Shown piece by piece: positions 34,099-48,000 of a stretch of 64,000 nt of DNA; the first letter of the stretch is position 1; the number at the start of each line of letters is the position of its first letter. Origin of the DNA: Callorhinchus milii (lineage: Eukaryota); contig NW_024704743.1 of assembly GCF_018977255.1 (NCBI RefSeq), positions 38,752,001 through 38,816,000 on the forward strand, in the 5' to 3' direction. The notes under the pieces were generated by a model. It saw only the letters and a list, made by a program, of their open reading frames with translations. It was not told the DNA's origin and did not search any database. Made by a program: the position numbers and the translations under genes.

Positions 34099-35847
34099 TG
34101 GATTTTTCCCATTATAAACTTTTGGATAACAGATGTACTAGCAACATACTTCTGATTTATTTTAAAGATAGTATTGCATTACAGTAGATACCATCCACTT
34201 CTCTTCAACTCCACTTTGAAACAACTTTACAAATTTCCTGCCACTTTCATCTTCTACTTTTATTCTGTAGTATTATTAGATGTATTCCATATGGATCTAA
34301 TGCTTTATAAACCAACGCTTTCTCAATGGCCCTTCACTGTTGCCCATTACTTTTTCCATTCCCCATCTCAGATGAGAAGATAAATGATTCAAAATACACA
34401 CACATTGGAGAAACAATAGCGATCCTTGCATTTGATATGGCACCTTATCAAGTCATGATGACATTTCAAAGGATTTTACAGTGAAGTGTATATTTGAGCT
34501 AGAACGTGGCAAACAATGTGCGGACAGCAATGTTTCACAAACAGCCAGATATCAATGATTAATTTTATTTGAGGGATTGTTGGGCAAGACAATAGGAGAA
34601 ACTCCCTTCTCTTTTCAAATAATGTCCAGAGATCTTCAACACCCACCTGAGCAGACAGATGAGATCTTGGTTTGACATCACCACCAACAATGCAGTGCAC
34701 CCCAGGCCTAAACTATAAGTTTAAAGTCCCGATCTGACAGTTCTTGATCAGAGAGAAAGGGAAAGATAAAGCTGTAGCCAAAAAGCATGAATAACTTTGG
34801 AGGTTATTGACTGCTTGTAAGCATGAAAAGCTACATTTGAAAAATATTCTTATATATGCCATTTCTTCCTATGTCCTGTTATCGTATGTTACTGTTATTC
34901 CGAGAGGTTCCTGGAGTTCTACATCACTGTGAATTGGTGCTCAAATTCCAATTTGCAGAAATGAAATATGACACATGTGCTTGTTTTAAAGTACTTGTCA
35001 GTATTGTAGCATCAAATTCTGACCATCTGGACTCATTGTTCAGACCCTGTATAGTGCACTGCAACAGCCATTCCATTTCTCCAAGCATCAGTGCTTCAGT
35101 ATCCTGTGCCATTGCCCTATCATTTACTTCACTACCTGTGGTTTGCTTAAGATTTATTCTGATAAATTAGATCCTTTACATGCTCTAATTTTCACATCTC
35201 CTACTCAAGAGCAGAATACTGTCTCACCTGGCAAAAGTCCTTTTTTTCCTCTTCTGCTGTAGTTACTCTTCTCTGTGGGTGGTTTAGTTATTTGAGACAA
35301 ACCCAATGTTGCTGGCTTCCAGTATTCCTTTCCTGGCACTCACAAAATAGTTTCTGGAGACCTGCGGCAGTTGTGCTGAATTTCTTAAGGAAGAGTAGAA
35401 GCCAATGGTTCAAGCAGCGGAAGGAAAAATGGAACAGAAGCTTGTTGCATTAGTTCCATCAACCATTACAAACTCATATATTCAAGGTTGGTAAATTTAC
35501 TGTGCATGAGAGAATAAGATATTTTCATTTGACAAAATTGATGCATTTATAAATGATCAGAGAATCATCCCCTCATTCTAATATTGGATATGGTTACCTC
35601 TACTCACTCTCTTAATGCTAACCTGAACACCCAGTATCAATAGTTATTTCTATTAACGCCAGTAACTATTCTTATTACTTCTCTGAATGAGATTGCCAAT
35701 GTAATGGAACTTAGTAACAGATCAAGGGTATTTTTTTTCTATGTTGCAAACACTTAGTGAGAAACTGCCCAATCTGCTTGTGAATCTGCTTGTGAAATAC
35801 CCTTGATCTCTCCAGTAAAGTCCAAGGGAATCTCCCTACTCAAATTT

Positions 35848-36182
35848 GTAGCTCAGTGGTTAGAGCACTTACCTCGCAAGCGAGAGAACCCGTATTCGAT
35901 TATCGGGCAGGGCGAAACCTTAGGCAAGTTTCCTTACTCCACACACCTCTGTTTGTCTAGTAGTAAGTAGGAACCCGGTTGTTAGTCGAGTGGCGGATCG
36001 CTTTCCGGGGTAATAATCCCTCGAAATAAAATAATAAAGGCCACTCAATCCACGACTGTTTGTGGGACACTGATGTGCGCTGCATTTTGCACACAAAATA
36101 CACAGTATATTCTGTGAAGCTCTTTCAGACATAACAACGATGTAATGAGGCGCTATATCAAATACAAGGATTATTGTTATTA
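35848..36182 (+). mobile_element. tRNA-derived SINE, long subfamily
   Basis: gtagctcagtggttagagcac head, internal ctctgtttgtctagtagtaagtaggaacccggttgttagtcgagtggcggatcgctttccgggg, and tail. Confidence 0.85.
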
Positions 36183-36369
36183 GTGCTAAATATCAGCATT
36201 TCATTGCAGCAAGTTCAGAAACCAGCCAAATTAAATCTACTTCCTTGACTCACAATCTGTCAGTCAATTGTGCCAGGACAGGAGATCTGAGTAGGCGTTG
36301 AAGGATACAAAACAAAGTTTGTGTCTCTGACACAGGGAATCTGTCCAGATAAAGCCTGGCAGATTAATG

Positions 36370-36805
36370 TTATCGGGATAGATTGGATAGCTTAAGCTTT
36401 TTTTCACTAGAAAAGAGACATTTCAGAGTCAGGGCTAATAGAGGTGTTTAAAATTATAAAAGGGTTGATAAGGTTAACATAAATATGCTGTTTCCATTGG
36501 TTGGGGTGTCTGTAACCAGGGGACACAAATATAAGAAAGCGACTAAGGAATCTAAAAGAGAATTTAAGAGGCAGACTCCATGCAGAAGGTATTGAGATTG
36601 TGGAACCCATTGCCTGAAGCAATGGTTGAATCAGATAGTATAGATAAATTCAAGGGGAAGCTACACTTCACATGAGGGAGAGTGGAATTGAAGTGTGTGG
36701 GAGAGAGTAAAGAATGGGTGAAGACTTGAGTGAAATATACACACCAACACGGAATGGTTGACGTGAGTGGCCTAATTCTGTGCTGTACATTCTTTGTAAC
36801 ATGTT
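36370..36805 (+). mobile_element. CR1 3' fragment
   Basis: LFSLEKR...LIEVFKIIKGLIR...TRGHKYK-type sequence and a CR1-like 3' end gagtggcctaattctgtgctgtacattct. Confidence 0.7.
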
Positions 36806-38484
36806 CTTTGTAACTGGAGATCTGATAGAGGGAGGTGACTGCTTAAAGGGAGATAACATTGATCATTGAACTGTATTAAATATATAGAATTTCATAATGT
36901 TTTGCTTGTAATAATTATATTAGCACATATCAAGAAATGTTGCAAATTTCATTCCATATAACAACTTTTATCACAAAATCACGAGATGAAGAATGCCCTT
37001 CAGCCCATTCGATCTCATCCTTCCAGAATACCCTCGGACTCTAAGCCCCCACTGTTTCCCATCATAGCATCGAAATGAGTCCAGAGATTCAACCACTCTT
37101 CCTGAGATTCAACTATTCTTCCTAGTGACTAGTTTTAATGGTTCAGTACGCTCTGAGTAAAGAAATACTTATTGGTGTCTGTCCTGAAATTACCGTCTAC
37201 TACTGTAAACCTCTATCCTTTTGTTCTGTTGGTTTGATGCATCCGAAAATATTGTTCTGGATTTACTTTCTCAATGCTATTATTATCTGATATATCTCTA
37301 AAAGCTCCTCTCTGAGACCTCTCTTTTTAACACTGAAGAGTCCTAGCTTACCTAATCATTTGCTCATAGCTCATTCCTCTAATACTGGCGATCACAGGAG
37401 GGGTCCTAGTATAGTCACCTGAACCACCTGCTCTATATCACTCTTATTTAGACCTTGCATCCTTCAAAATTATTCTCTGCTTCTTTCCTTTCAAACAATT
37501 TTGAAACCATGTTCGTGTCTTGCTCTTGATACTTTGTGACATCAATTGTGAAGGAGTCTTTCATCTGTTATTTTGTCAAGTGCCATTGAACAAATAGGAT
37601 AAACATCTCAAAGTACTTCACGTACCGACTGTCCTAACCTACCAACTTCTAAAAAGATTGCTTTAACATATCGATCTCACCACCTAAGGAGCCAGAATCC
37701 TTTTAATTTCCAGAAAACTTACAGTCCCTAAACCAAATCTTCCAAAATCAATCGGATTGGTTAACTTTCTGGTTCTAGAATCTATTAAAATAAAAAGTCA
37801 AATCAATACTGTTTGTGACCTTCCACCTCAATGGTCAGTTTGAGGTTTGGCATATCTGGGGACAGCCACATTTCAGGATACTACAGTCATAAAATAAATG
37901 GAAAAAAATCTATAGGCACCACAGCCTATAGAATTGTCCAAGATAATGGAACAATCTCTGCTTATCCTATGAGGAGAACAGAAAATACAAAATGTGAAGT
38001 ATTTGAAAGATCAACTATTTTCCAACAAATTCTCACCTTCTATTTATAATAATCATAACTGTAATCCTTGCATTTGATATAGAGCATTATAACGTTGTTG
38101 TGACGTCTCAAAGCGCTTCACCAAATATACTGTAAAGTGAATTGATTGTATATTATGCTGGTGAAATGCCCACATTATTTCTACAACATCATCCTTTTCA
38201 ATTCCTTTGGGTTTGCCATAACCAGCACACAGATTCTGAAAAATCCGAAAGCAACAAAAGGGATTCTTGGATTTTCAAACCGTTAAATACCATGTGATGC
38301 AATGCCTTTTTCTTCCAAGGTGCAAATTCACCACAGGCCCACAAGTGATTAAGGTGGAATGGGTAAGGTAGAACTCCACCCAGCAAAGAGTTAAGATGTT
38401 TAGGAGAGGAGAAGCATGACAGCAGTAAAAATGGATATGTTCTTCAGCATTCATCTTCTTCTTAGGTAGATTAATTGAGAAGAT

Positions 38485-39073
38485 ACAGAGGATTGAGGGG
38501 ATAGTAGAACTGGACTGTGATGAGCGATTAGGTAAAATGGGCATGTTCACGCTGGAGAAGAGAAGGTTGAGGAGCGATATGATTATGGTCTTTAAGATTC
38601 TGGAGGGATGTAATAATAATCCTTGCATTTGATATAGCATCTTCAAGACGTCTCAAAGCGCTTCACATAATATACTGTAAAGTAAATTGACTGTATACCT
38701 TGTGGGCAAAACACAGCAGCCAATTGCTCACAGCAGTGTCCCACAAACAGTCGTGGATTCCGTGACCAAATAATTTTTATTTATTTTGAAGAAATTATTA
38801 CCCCCCGAAAAAGTGATTCACCAATCGAGTAACAACCAGGTTCCTACTTACTGCTAGGTAAACAGAAACGTGTGGACTAAGGAAACTTGCCCAGTGGAGT
38901 CGATGAAAATGTAGGTGTTTACTCTTTCAAGACCAAATTAGATTTTTGTTAGGAAATAATATCTTGGGATACTGCATATAGTTTGGAACATAATGTGCAT
39001 GTAACTGCCAGGATGGTGGAAGGTTAACCGGATAAACCTTGGTCTTCTTTAGCCTAGCAAATTCTTATGTTCT
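38485..39073 (+). mobile_element. CR1 3' fragment interrupted by a long-subfamily SINE (38611-38894, -)
   Basis: RLGKMGMFTLEKRRLRSDMIMVFKILEG precedes the SINE. The CR1 resumes after 38894 and ends gcctagcaaattcttatgttct, like the copy at 57850-58306. Confidence 0.8.
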
Positions 39074-41954
39074 AATGGTGATTATGGCTCCATTACTAAC
39101 ACTCTCGCCTGTGGATCAGAAGGTGTCACAGCTTTGTATCTTTGTCTGTCTTCGGTTTATTGAATGACCTCCATAGCCTCGAGCCTCAAATGCTGTGTAC
39201 TGCTCTCTCTAAGGTGCGATCGACATGCCCAGATTCGTTCAGAATGAACAATTTGCAAACTAGCCTCCTATATAAGAGACACAGATATCAGTAATCTCAT
39301 TGGTTTTGTTTCCCACTTAGAATTATTTAATGGTATACTAAGAAGATAAAGTCCAGCACAGAATATAAAGGTTTGTGTAAAGAATAAACGTTGACTTCAG
39401 TAAAAAAAGTTTAATCTTGAAATAAACAAAAACATTTTTTTGTGTGCTTCCTTTCTCTTTCCAGAGATCTTGCTGCCACAATCTTCCTGTGTTGTCTTGT
39501 TCGCTCTCACCGATCAGTGTTTCTGAAGGATTCCAACGGCTTGCTGGGAATTGAGCTCATAATCTGGGTTGACACACCAATATAATACTGGGGTAGCACT
39601 CCGGTCAAAGGTGCTGTCTCTCAGATGAGACTATGAATCTAGTTCCCATCTTTTGTTACGTGGACATTAAAGTTACCATGAAACTGTTTGAAATAAGAAG
39701 GGGAGCAAATCCCAATAGCTGTTCAACAGATTATTTGATCATTTGCTTCATGGATGTTTGTTGGATCTTTGCTTATGCAAAATGAGTTGCTATCCTCATT
39801 GGGGGGCAGGTAAGATGAATTGGCTTCGAGATGACATGTTTGGCAACGGAATATCGGAATCGAGCCAGCTCTCTGTGGTGGTCTTGGTAGACTGGGTCTT
39901 ATGCCAGGCGGGTCTGCAATTCTCCAAGGCACTGCTGATGACAGCACAGCCAGCCTGGCCATCGGCAGGACTTGGAAGGGCAGAACAGGCATTGGGTGCA
40001 GGGAGTCCTCTCACTCAGCTCCTGTTAACCATGTAAGCCAAAGCCCTAATGAGTAGGGTCATCGTAGCTGGACAAGCAGCGGGAAAGCTTACCAGACAGT
40101 GCTATTGATGGCAAGCTATGTGGTTTTAGCGGGTTAGACTCCAGCAGGAGCCCAACCCACACTATGGGGTTCCCAAGGCTTGGTTCCTGCCAACCTGAGC
40201 CTAATACTTTCTGGTATTAGGTAAGCAGGATGCATCCCCCCAGAGAGAGAGTGCACATTCTATTCCAACAATTTATCTTTGGAATTTCCATGTGTAGGGG
40301 GAATGCATGAAATTCTCAGTTTGGTTTGGATACTCTTAATCATGGTGATGGGTTTCCACATGTGTCAGACACCCGGCTGACTAAAAAAAAGACCAAAATG
40401 AGTTGCCTGCAAACAACAAACTACACTTGATAGTATTTTGAGATGTTTCATTGAAACACAAGAGAACAGAAACAGGCGGAGGTCATTCAGCTCATCGAGC
40501 CTGTTCCGTTAGTTTATTAGATCTTGGCATATAGTTTTATCCCATACCTCACCCATTTGCCATACTTTTTAATACCTCTAGTACGAACACTATGGACTAA
40601 ATGGTCTTTCTACCCAAATCTCTGTCTATCTATCACTCTTTTAAACATCTCTACAGCTTTCTGGGCAGAGCATTCCATATCTTTACAACTCTAACCATCT
40701 TTATTTGGGTTTTAAAGCTATGCTGCCTTATAATAGATCCCTTTTCTAGAGTCATTGACTATCTAACTTGTCAACTTGTTTCATTATTTTAAATAGCCCA
40801 ATTAAGGCATAACAAGGTGGTATAAAAATGCTAGTTTTTTTTTCTATTTGGGATTTAAGGGTTTGTTCATTGTCTTATTTAAAGCATTCTGTCATAATAT
40901 TATAACTTTAGCTACAATTCAGCACAAGAGGCAAGAATACCTATTGCATTAAACTAAAAACAAAGCATGAGAAGATATTTGGAGAATTGGGCCCAAAAGG
41001 GTTTGTGAGTGTTCATGTCCTTTTGGATATGCCAGGGAGGACCAGGAAATTAAGCTTATTTTGTAAAGTACCCTATCAAATTACAAAGCCCCTGTCAGAC
41101 CTAGCGTTATTTATTTACTTGAAATTATTTAAGTAGGGAGGCAAGGAAATAGCACAATCATTGAAATTGGAGCTCTGAAAAATACAGGATATATCCAGGA
41201 GAAATATTGACACAGACATAGGTAACCGCCCCCCCCTACTCTTTGCAATTAAAGCTGGGATGTGAGTTTTCATCAGAAATGCTGACATCTCCTTCCAAAC
41301 TGCTCTAGCCCCTTTCTTACCACAACACTCCCATAGTTAGCAATATTTCCAGATTCCCCTAAAGGCCTGGAAATATTGTTTACTATTGCAGTATTGTGGT
41401 AAATATGGACCAGAGTCATATGAACCAGAAACAACAGCAATTTATACTTATATAGTGCCTTTCACCTTGGGAGGAGTCTCAAAGACATTCACGTAGCTGC
41501 TAGGAGGAGAGGGAGAGGGTGGAAGGTGGCAAAAGTGTGGTTGGAAAGGTAAGACAAAGTCTCAAGTTTTATTTCCCCTTTGCTCAGCCAACTCAGGCCT
41601 TTTGAACGTCCCTTGATCCCTCCGCTCCACTATCAGCAGTCGTACTTTTAGCTACTATGCCTGAACCACTGGAACTCTCTGCCTCAATCCATCCACCTTG
41701 CCTTCTCTTTGCCCATCTTCAGATCGCACCTGGAGACTTTCCTCTTCCACCGTGCCTGTGTCACTTCCCCTTTTTCCCCGGCGAAGCATCAGACTATCAA
41801 TTGTTTAGTGCTCCTGCTCCAAGATTCTACCCCACGTGAAGTGCACTGTATAAACACAAGTTGTTGTTATTGTTGTTAATCACCAATGTATATGGAATTA
41901 ATCACTTTCATCTGTACAGATTTTTAATTGTCCTTCACATTCTGAGGCTGCAAT

Positions 41955-42195
41955 ACGGAAAAAATTAGTCGGGGTTTATTCCTAACTCACGATCGTACAA
42001 CTCCCTCTCCCTTTTTTAGTTTCCGTCCCTCCCCTTTGCCTCGGGGGCTGAAAAATGTGAATGTGTAAGAGTGTCAGTTGAGGACAGGATCGAGTTTGGC
42101 TATGATGCCCCCCAGATGCTGAATCGACTTCTGATGCTTATGCAGGGTGACCAAAAAGTGGAGAATGGTCACTGGGACAGTATTGTGGCAGACGT
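41955..42195 (+). mobile_element. Old unclassified SINE-like repeat (related copy at ~23555-23850)
   Basis: gttgaggacaggatcgagtttggctatgatgcccc resembles gattggccttggttatgatgtcc at 23741. The family identity is recalled only loosely. Confidence 0.35.
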
Positions 42196-42822
42196 TTGGT
42201 ATCTGTGCGGAGGGAAAATGGCAAAATGAAAAACATTTTTACAGCATTCCAGCTGCTATGTGTTAGCAGCAGCACGTAACACTTCATGCTGAATAAAATG
42301 CAGGCTAAGCAAGGGTAGCAACACATTTAACGGCTGTTTCTTCTTGTACGTCAGTACTGTGGTATAAAAGCCTAACTTCAACAGTAATCCAGAGCACATA
42401 GCTATTTTTGGTATTCCTCATAGATCTCCAAGGGAAATCCTCATAGTTATTGTGTGGGTGGAGGAGCAGATCTCATTTAGCCTCCATAAAATGCTTTAAC
42501 CAGAGAGATAAATTATTCAAGAGTGAAAGCTGTAATCTTTCCTTTCTATGGATTAGAATGAAAACTGAATAGCTTTGGTTGCTGATATCATCCTGCCATC
42601 TAGTGGACATATTGCTGATATCAATGCCTGTCTCAAGGTTGTGGCTTCAGAAAAGGTTCAAAAAATTATGACATGTTTGGGCAAAGAAAGTTCTTTGGCC
42701 TATTTAATCTCATCATTCCAGAATGCACACCCCATTATATTGTTAATATATCCATTTATAATAATAATCCTTGTATTTGATATAGCGCCTTATCACATCT
42801 TCGAGATGTCTCAAAGCGCTTC

Positions 42823-45050
42823 AACAACAACAACAACAAAATTATACTTATAGAGCGCTTTTCATGTCGGGAGGATGTCCCAAGGTGCTGAACAGTCAGG
42901 GGTCAAGACTCAAGCATGGAGAGGGGTGGTGTAGGGGTGAGGGAAGGCAGAGAGGTGGGAGGGTGACCAAAGGCACAATCAAAGAAGAGGGTCTTGAGAC
43001 CGGCTTTGAAGGAGCAAGGGAGGAAGCGAGGTGAAGGGACTGTGGGATGGAGTTCCAGAGTGTGGGGGCAGAGAGGTTGAATGCCCGGCCACTGATGGAA
43101 GGGCGGGTCGGGCGGGAGACATGGAGCAGGCTGGAGCCCGCTTAACAGAGGGAGCGGGCAGGTTGGTAGGGAGTCAGCAGGTCAGAGAGGTAGGATGGCC
43201 TTGAAAGTGAGGACGAGGATCTTGAACTCGATCCTCTGGGGGATGGGGAGCCAGTGCAGTTGGGCGAGGGTGGGAGTGATGGGGTCACGGAGCCTGGTGC
43301 ATGAGAGTACACGGGCTGCAGAGTTTTGGATGATCTGCAGCTTGTGAAAGGAAGAGTTGTGAAGAATGCGTGGGTGCGGGTTTCGGCAGCCTGAGGGGTG
43401 AGGCAGTGGCGGAGTCTGGCAACGTTGCAGAGGTGGTGGTAGGCAGTGCCGGTCATAGCGCTTATGTGGGGGAGAAAGGACAGTTCAGGGTCAGACAAGA
43501 TATCCAGGTTCCTGACTGGCTCAGTGAGGTTGAGTGTGCAGTCGTGGAGGCTGATGCTGCCAGTGCCCGAGGTGCGGAGGCGCTGGCGCGAGCCAATCAG
43601 GAGGACCTCTGTCTTGCTGACGTTCAGTTGGAGAAAGTTATCCCTCGTCCAGGACTTGATGTCGGACAGGCAGTCGGTCAGGACACCAGTAGTCCTGGAA
43701 TTGAGGGTGGAGGCAGAGAGATAGAGTTGGGTGTCCTCCGCATACATATGGAAATTTACACCATGTCTGCGGATGATGTCACCAAGGGGGAGCATGTAGA
43801 GGATGGGACCGAGGACAGAGCTCTGAGGAACGCCGCACGAGACGGTGCGGGGGCTGGAGGAGAAGCCGTTTGCTGAGACAAAGTGGAGGCGGTGTGAAAG
43901 GTAGGACCTGAACTAGTCAAGGACAGAACCTTGAAGATTGAGGTGGGAGGAGAGGCAGTGGAGGAGGATTGAGTGGTCCACAGTATCAAGGCGGCTGAGA
44001 AGTCGAAGAGGATGAGGAGGCAGAGGGAGCCCTGGTCACACATGTGACCTTGACCAGAGCAGTTTCCGTGTGGGCAGCACGGAAACCCGATTGAAGAGGC
44101 TCATGAAAGGAGTGGGAGAGGAAAGAGCGAAGCTGGTAGGCCACGGCTCTCTCAAGAACTTTAGACGGAAAAGGGAGGTGTGAGATGGGCCGGTAGCTGG
44201 ATAACTGTGATAGCTCGAGGGAAGGTTTCTTCAGGGTGGGGGTGATAGTGGCTGTGTGGAAGGAGGGATGGATAATGCTCAGATTGTGAGGGGGGGTAGG
44301 GAGGGGATGGAAGTTGGGAGGGCTGTGGCAGCTGATTGGATTCCCTCAATTTTGGACTCGAGGAAGTCCAGCATTTCCTCAGAGTGGGAGTCGGAGGAAA
44401 GAATCTGGGAGGAGTGGCAGAGAGGGCAGAGGAGCAGGTTGGTGGTGGAGAACAGGAGCCTGGAGTTGCCCTTCGGCTCCTAGATTAACCTGGAATAGAA
44501 GGACGATTTGGTCGATGCGAGAGCGGAGCGGTAGGTTTTGGTGAGGTCCAGCCAGATGTGGTGGTGGACCGTTAGGGCGGATTTGAGCCAAGTGCGTTTG
44601 GCAGCCCTCACCTGGCTCTTGAGCGAGCGGAGATGGCTGGTGAACCAGGGTGAGGATCGGAAATAGGAGGCAGTTCGGGAGGTGAGGAGGGCAAGGACGT
44701 TGAGTATGGTGGAGAGGGTACTGTGGAGGAAAGTAAACGCAGAGGATGGGTTGGTGCGGGAGGTGGCCAGAAGGGGAGGAGTTCGGAGGACTCCAGGGCA
44801 GTGGAGAGGGATTGCGGGGAGATCTTCTTCCACTGGCGGTAGAAGATGGTGATGGGTTTGGAGGCAGTGGGGAGAGGGATATAGGAGTTGAGGGAGATGA
44901 AATGGTGGTCAGAGATGGCCTTGTCAGTGATGGTGACATCCGAGATGCTGAGGCCCCGGGTAATCACCTGGTTGAGCGGGTGGCTGTGAACGTAGCAGAG
45001 CGGATGTGGAGGGAGAGGTTGTGAGAGGAGAGGAGAGAGGAGCAGTCTGA
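42823..45050 (-). mobile_element. Longest L2 LINE copy (~2.2 kb; endonuclease-linker region, RT, C-terminus, tail), decayed
   Basis: Pieces: [76 protein letters not shown] (YADD changed to YAED); [16 protein letters not shown]. Several frameshifts; (caa)n tail at 42823. Confidence 0.93.
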
Positions 45051-48000
45051 GGAGTATATATTTTAAAGTGAATTGACTGTATATTTTGTGATCGATACAA
45101 TGAGAACTCTGGAACTCCCTGCCTCAATTCTTCATTTTGCCCCCTCTATGCTTGTCTTGAGATCACACTTCTTCAACCGTGCCTTCAGCATTCTCCCCTC
45201 TCTTTCCAGTTTGGTGTCACACCACGCGGTTGTTAAGCTCTCTGAGACGCTACCCATGTGAACGGCAATATATAGATGTATGTTATTGTATTACTATACC
45301 CACTTTTTTCAGAATACCCACTCTATCAGAATATACAACCACAACAAATTAAATTTGTATAGCACCTTTCACATCAGGAAGCTTATTCTGACAGAATAGA
45401 CCTACTTTTCTAGCATATACCTATTCAACCAGGATATACCACAATATACCCACTCTGCCAATGTAACCTCTTTAGTTTATTCATTTTGTAACTGAATATT
45501 GTTAACAGTTGGTAAAATACACATTTTCTTTCACATAATAGTTTCAGATAAAAATTTTCTTTAAAAGTGTTGAAAATAGAAGCAGACTTTACTTTTTCCC
45601 GTAACGTTTCCAAAAACCTTGGTAATTCAAGACAACCGCAGTCTTTTGAAAGGGAAACCACTAAACTACCAAGGTTACTGCCAATGTCATCTTTTAAACA
45701 GAGGATGAAGGAAGATCAGGCTGAGATTTATTGGACATGTATTGCTACCATATTAATTCAGGACTACACGCATTTCTGTAATACTTCCCTGTCAATCCAT
45801 TCAAACAGGCCTCCAACTGTTGGAACCATTTCTCAATGGGAAGGGTTGTGTGTCCAAGTTGCAGACAGGAAGACAGTGGCAATGCTCTCACATAATCCGT
45901 GCTGAGCTGTGTTATCCAACAGGAAGCACTTGGCAGTTCCTGGTCCTACCATCCACCTAGGAAGGGCTCAAACCTGTGCTGGTCAGATGTTAAATGACCA
46001 ACTCGTGACTTTCCGCTTTGGTGGGAGGTAAGCAGGACTCCTTGGAGCTGAACTGGTGCTATGGTGACACATTTGGCAGTGGAATGTCAGAATTGAGTTC
46101 ACCCTCTGTGAAGGTCTTGGTCTGATTCCTGAGCCAGACAGGTCCACTGTATTCCAAGGTACTGCTGATGACAGTTCAGCAATGCTGCTTCATTGGAAAG
46201 ACTTGGAAGAGCAGGCCAATCACTGGGGACAGGACTTTTCCCACTCAGTTCCCATTAACTGTGCAATCCAAAACCCTAATGGGTAACATGATCCTAGCTG
46301 GAGGTGTGGGATGTCAGATTGTGCCTGCAGTTAGCCACAGAGCAAGTTTCTGAACTGTGCTGTGCTGCTGAAGCAGAGGCAATACTCTGGGACAGAGAGC
46401 AATAACTAAACTAATTATTCCAGGTCTCAGGCACCTCCCAGGTCAGCTAAAACCTTTTTTGCTCACAAAGTATACAATTAATTCAATTTGCAGTATATTC
46501 TGTGCAGCGCTTTGCGACATCTCAATGACATGATAGGGCGCTATTTCAAATGCAAAATTATAATTATTATTATGGTCACAGGACTGTGAGCAAGACTCCA
46601 GGCGGTTTTCTTGCGTAGGGAAGGTGTGCAATATGGGAGAGCCCGTAGAAGGGAAAAATAATAACTTTTTTAAACAAGAACATATCTTTGCTTTACACTA
46701 CCCAACAACATGGTTTAGCCCTTACCTTAGAAAAAACAACTTTCCAGACCTGTCCATTTTCTTCACCATTCATTCAGTCCTACAGTCTTTCTGAATGAGA
46801 TTGACAATTCTGAATACATTGTGGCCTTCTTACATTAACGTTAGTTTTTGGCATAGTATTGAGCACAGGACTGACCGTCACAGCTCTTTCAAATGTGTTG
46901 TTACTCTTATATACCTTGCATGGGCCTGGACATGTGCCCACTATGAAATCGGTCAAAGTTGTCCAAATCCACACACAACATAGCCAATAGACAGAGCAAA
47001 TGTTCTTACCATCAATTTAGGATTGGGTTCAAAACAAACCCAGAGATTACAGAGATGAAAAGGACAGTGAACTAACCCATCAATCCTTCAAATTCTTATC
47101 TCTTTGAAGGAAAATTATACTGTAGGAGGAAGAACTTTTTCAAAAATAACATTTTCACTTTTATGTTTTGGGAAATCTACTTTTTATTAGATGAAATGAA
47201 ACACTACAACGTCGCATGCTACACCCCCAGCAATGTCATAACAATTCATATCATATAAGGCCCCGAATTTACTTTCAATTGGCATAGTCAGGAGCACTCT
47301 CTGTCACCAGGTGTCTAAATAAGAATATAAGAATCAATCAACACCTTTCAGGTTCTTCTATGCCTATCAAAAGTGGACTGTTATTCCCTAACCCACCACT
47401 AGCTCCTGTGCACTAAATTATTTAAAGGGGGTAACATGGAAATAACTTGATGAAGTGCTTTGAAAGGTATGAGGGTATATCTTGAAAACAGATTCAGGGC
47501 ATTATGTTGAGAGACAGACAGAGATGTTGGCAACTATACAGAAAATAAAACAATGTCAAGCAGTGAATTATTGCACCGTTCAGACACACACTGGTCTGAA
47601 ACCAATTTGAACACATCCCCGAGGCTGAGAGACTGTGTTCATTTGTATTGTATTCATTAAATTCAGTTGGTGTGCATCAGTGATCAGAAAATAATTCCAA
47701 CTGTATTACATCTGTATAGCGCCTTTCATGTCGGGAGGACGTCCCAAGGTGCTGAGAATAATAAGAAAAATGTTAAGACAAACAGTTTGGAATTTTCAAA
47801 TGTATTACATTAACTAATTGGGAATTACCATTTCTTGAGCATCGACACCTATGGCAAAAATAGATTAGACCAGTGAATGTTATCAATATTGAATCATAAA
47901 TTACCAGCAACAAATTCATTCTGAGTTATCCGGTCAGCCTCACTTAATCACATCTCACTGCTGGACATGATGGAGCCTTCATATATAGTATCTCATGCTC

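Noticed and set aside
35228..35361. Exon-like segment on - (ccgcag ... cag|gtgaga)
   Set aside because: Stops in all three frames. It could only be a non-coding exon, and there is no evidence for that in the sequence alone.
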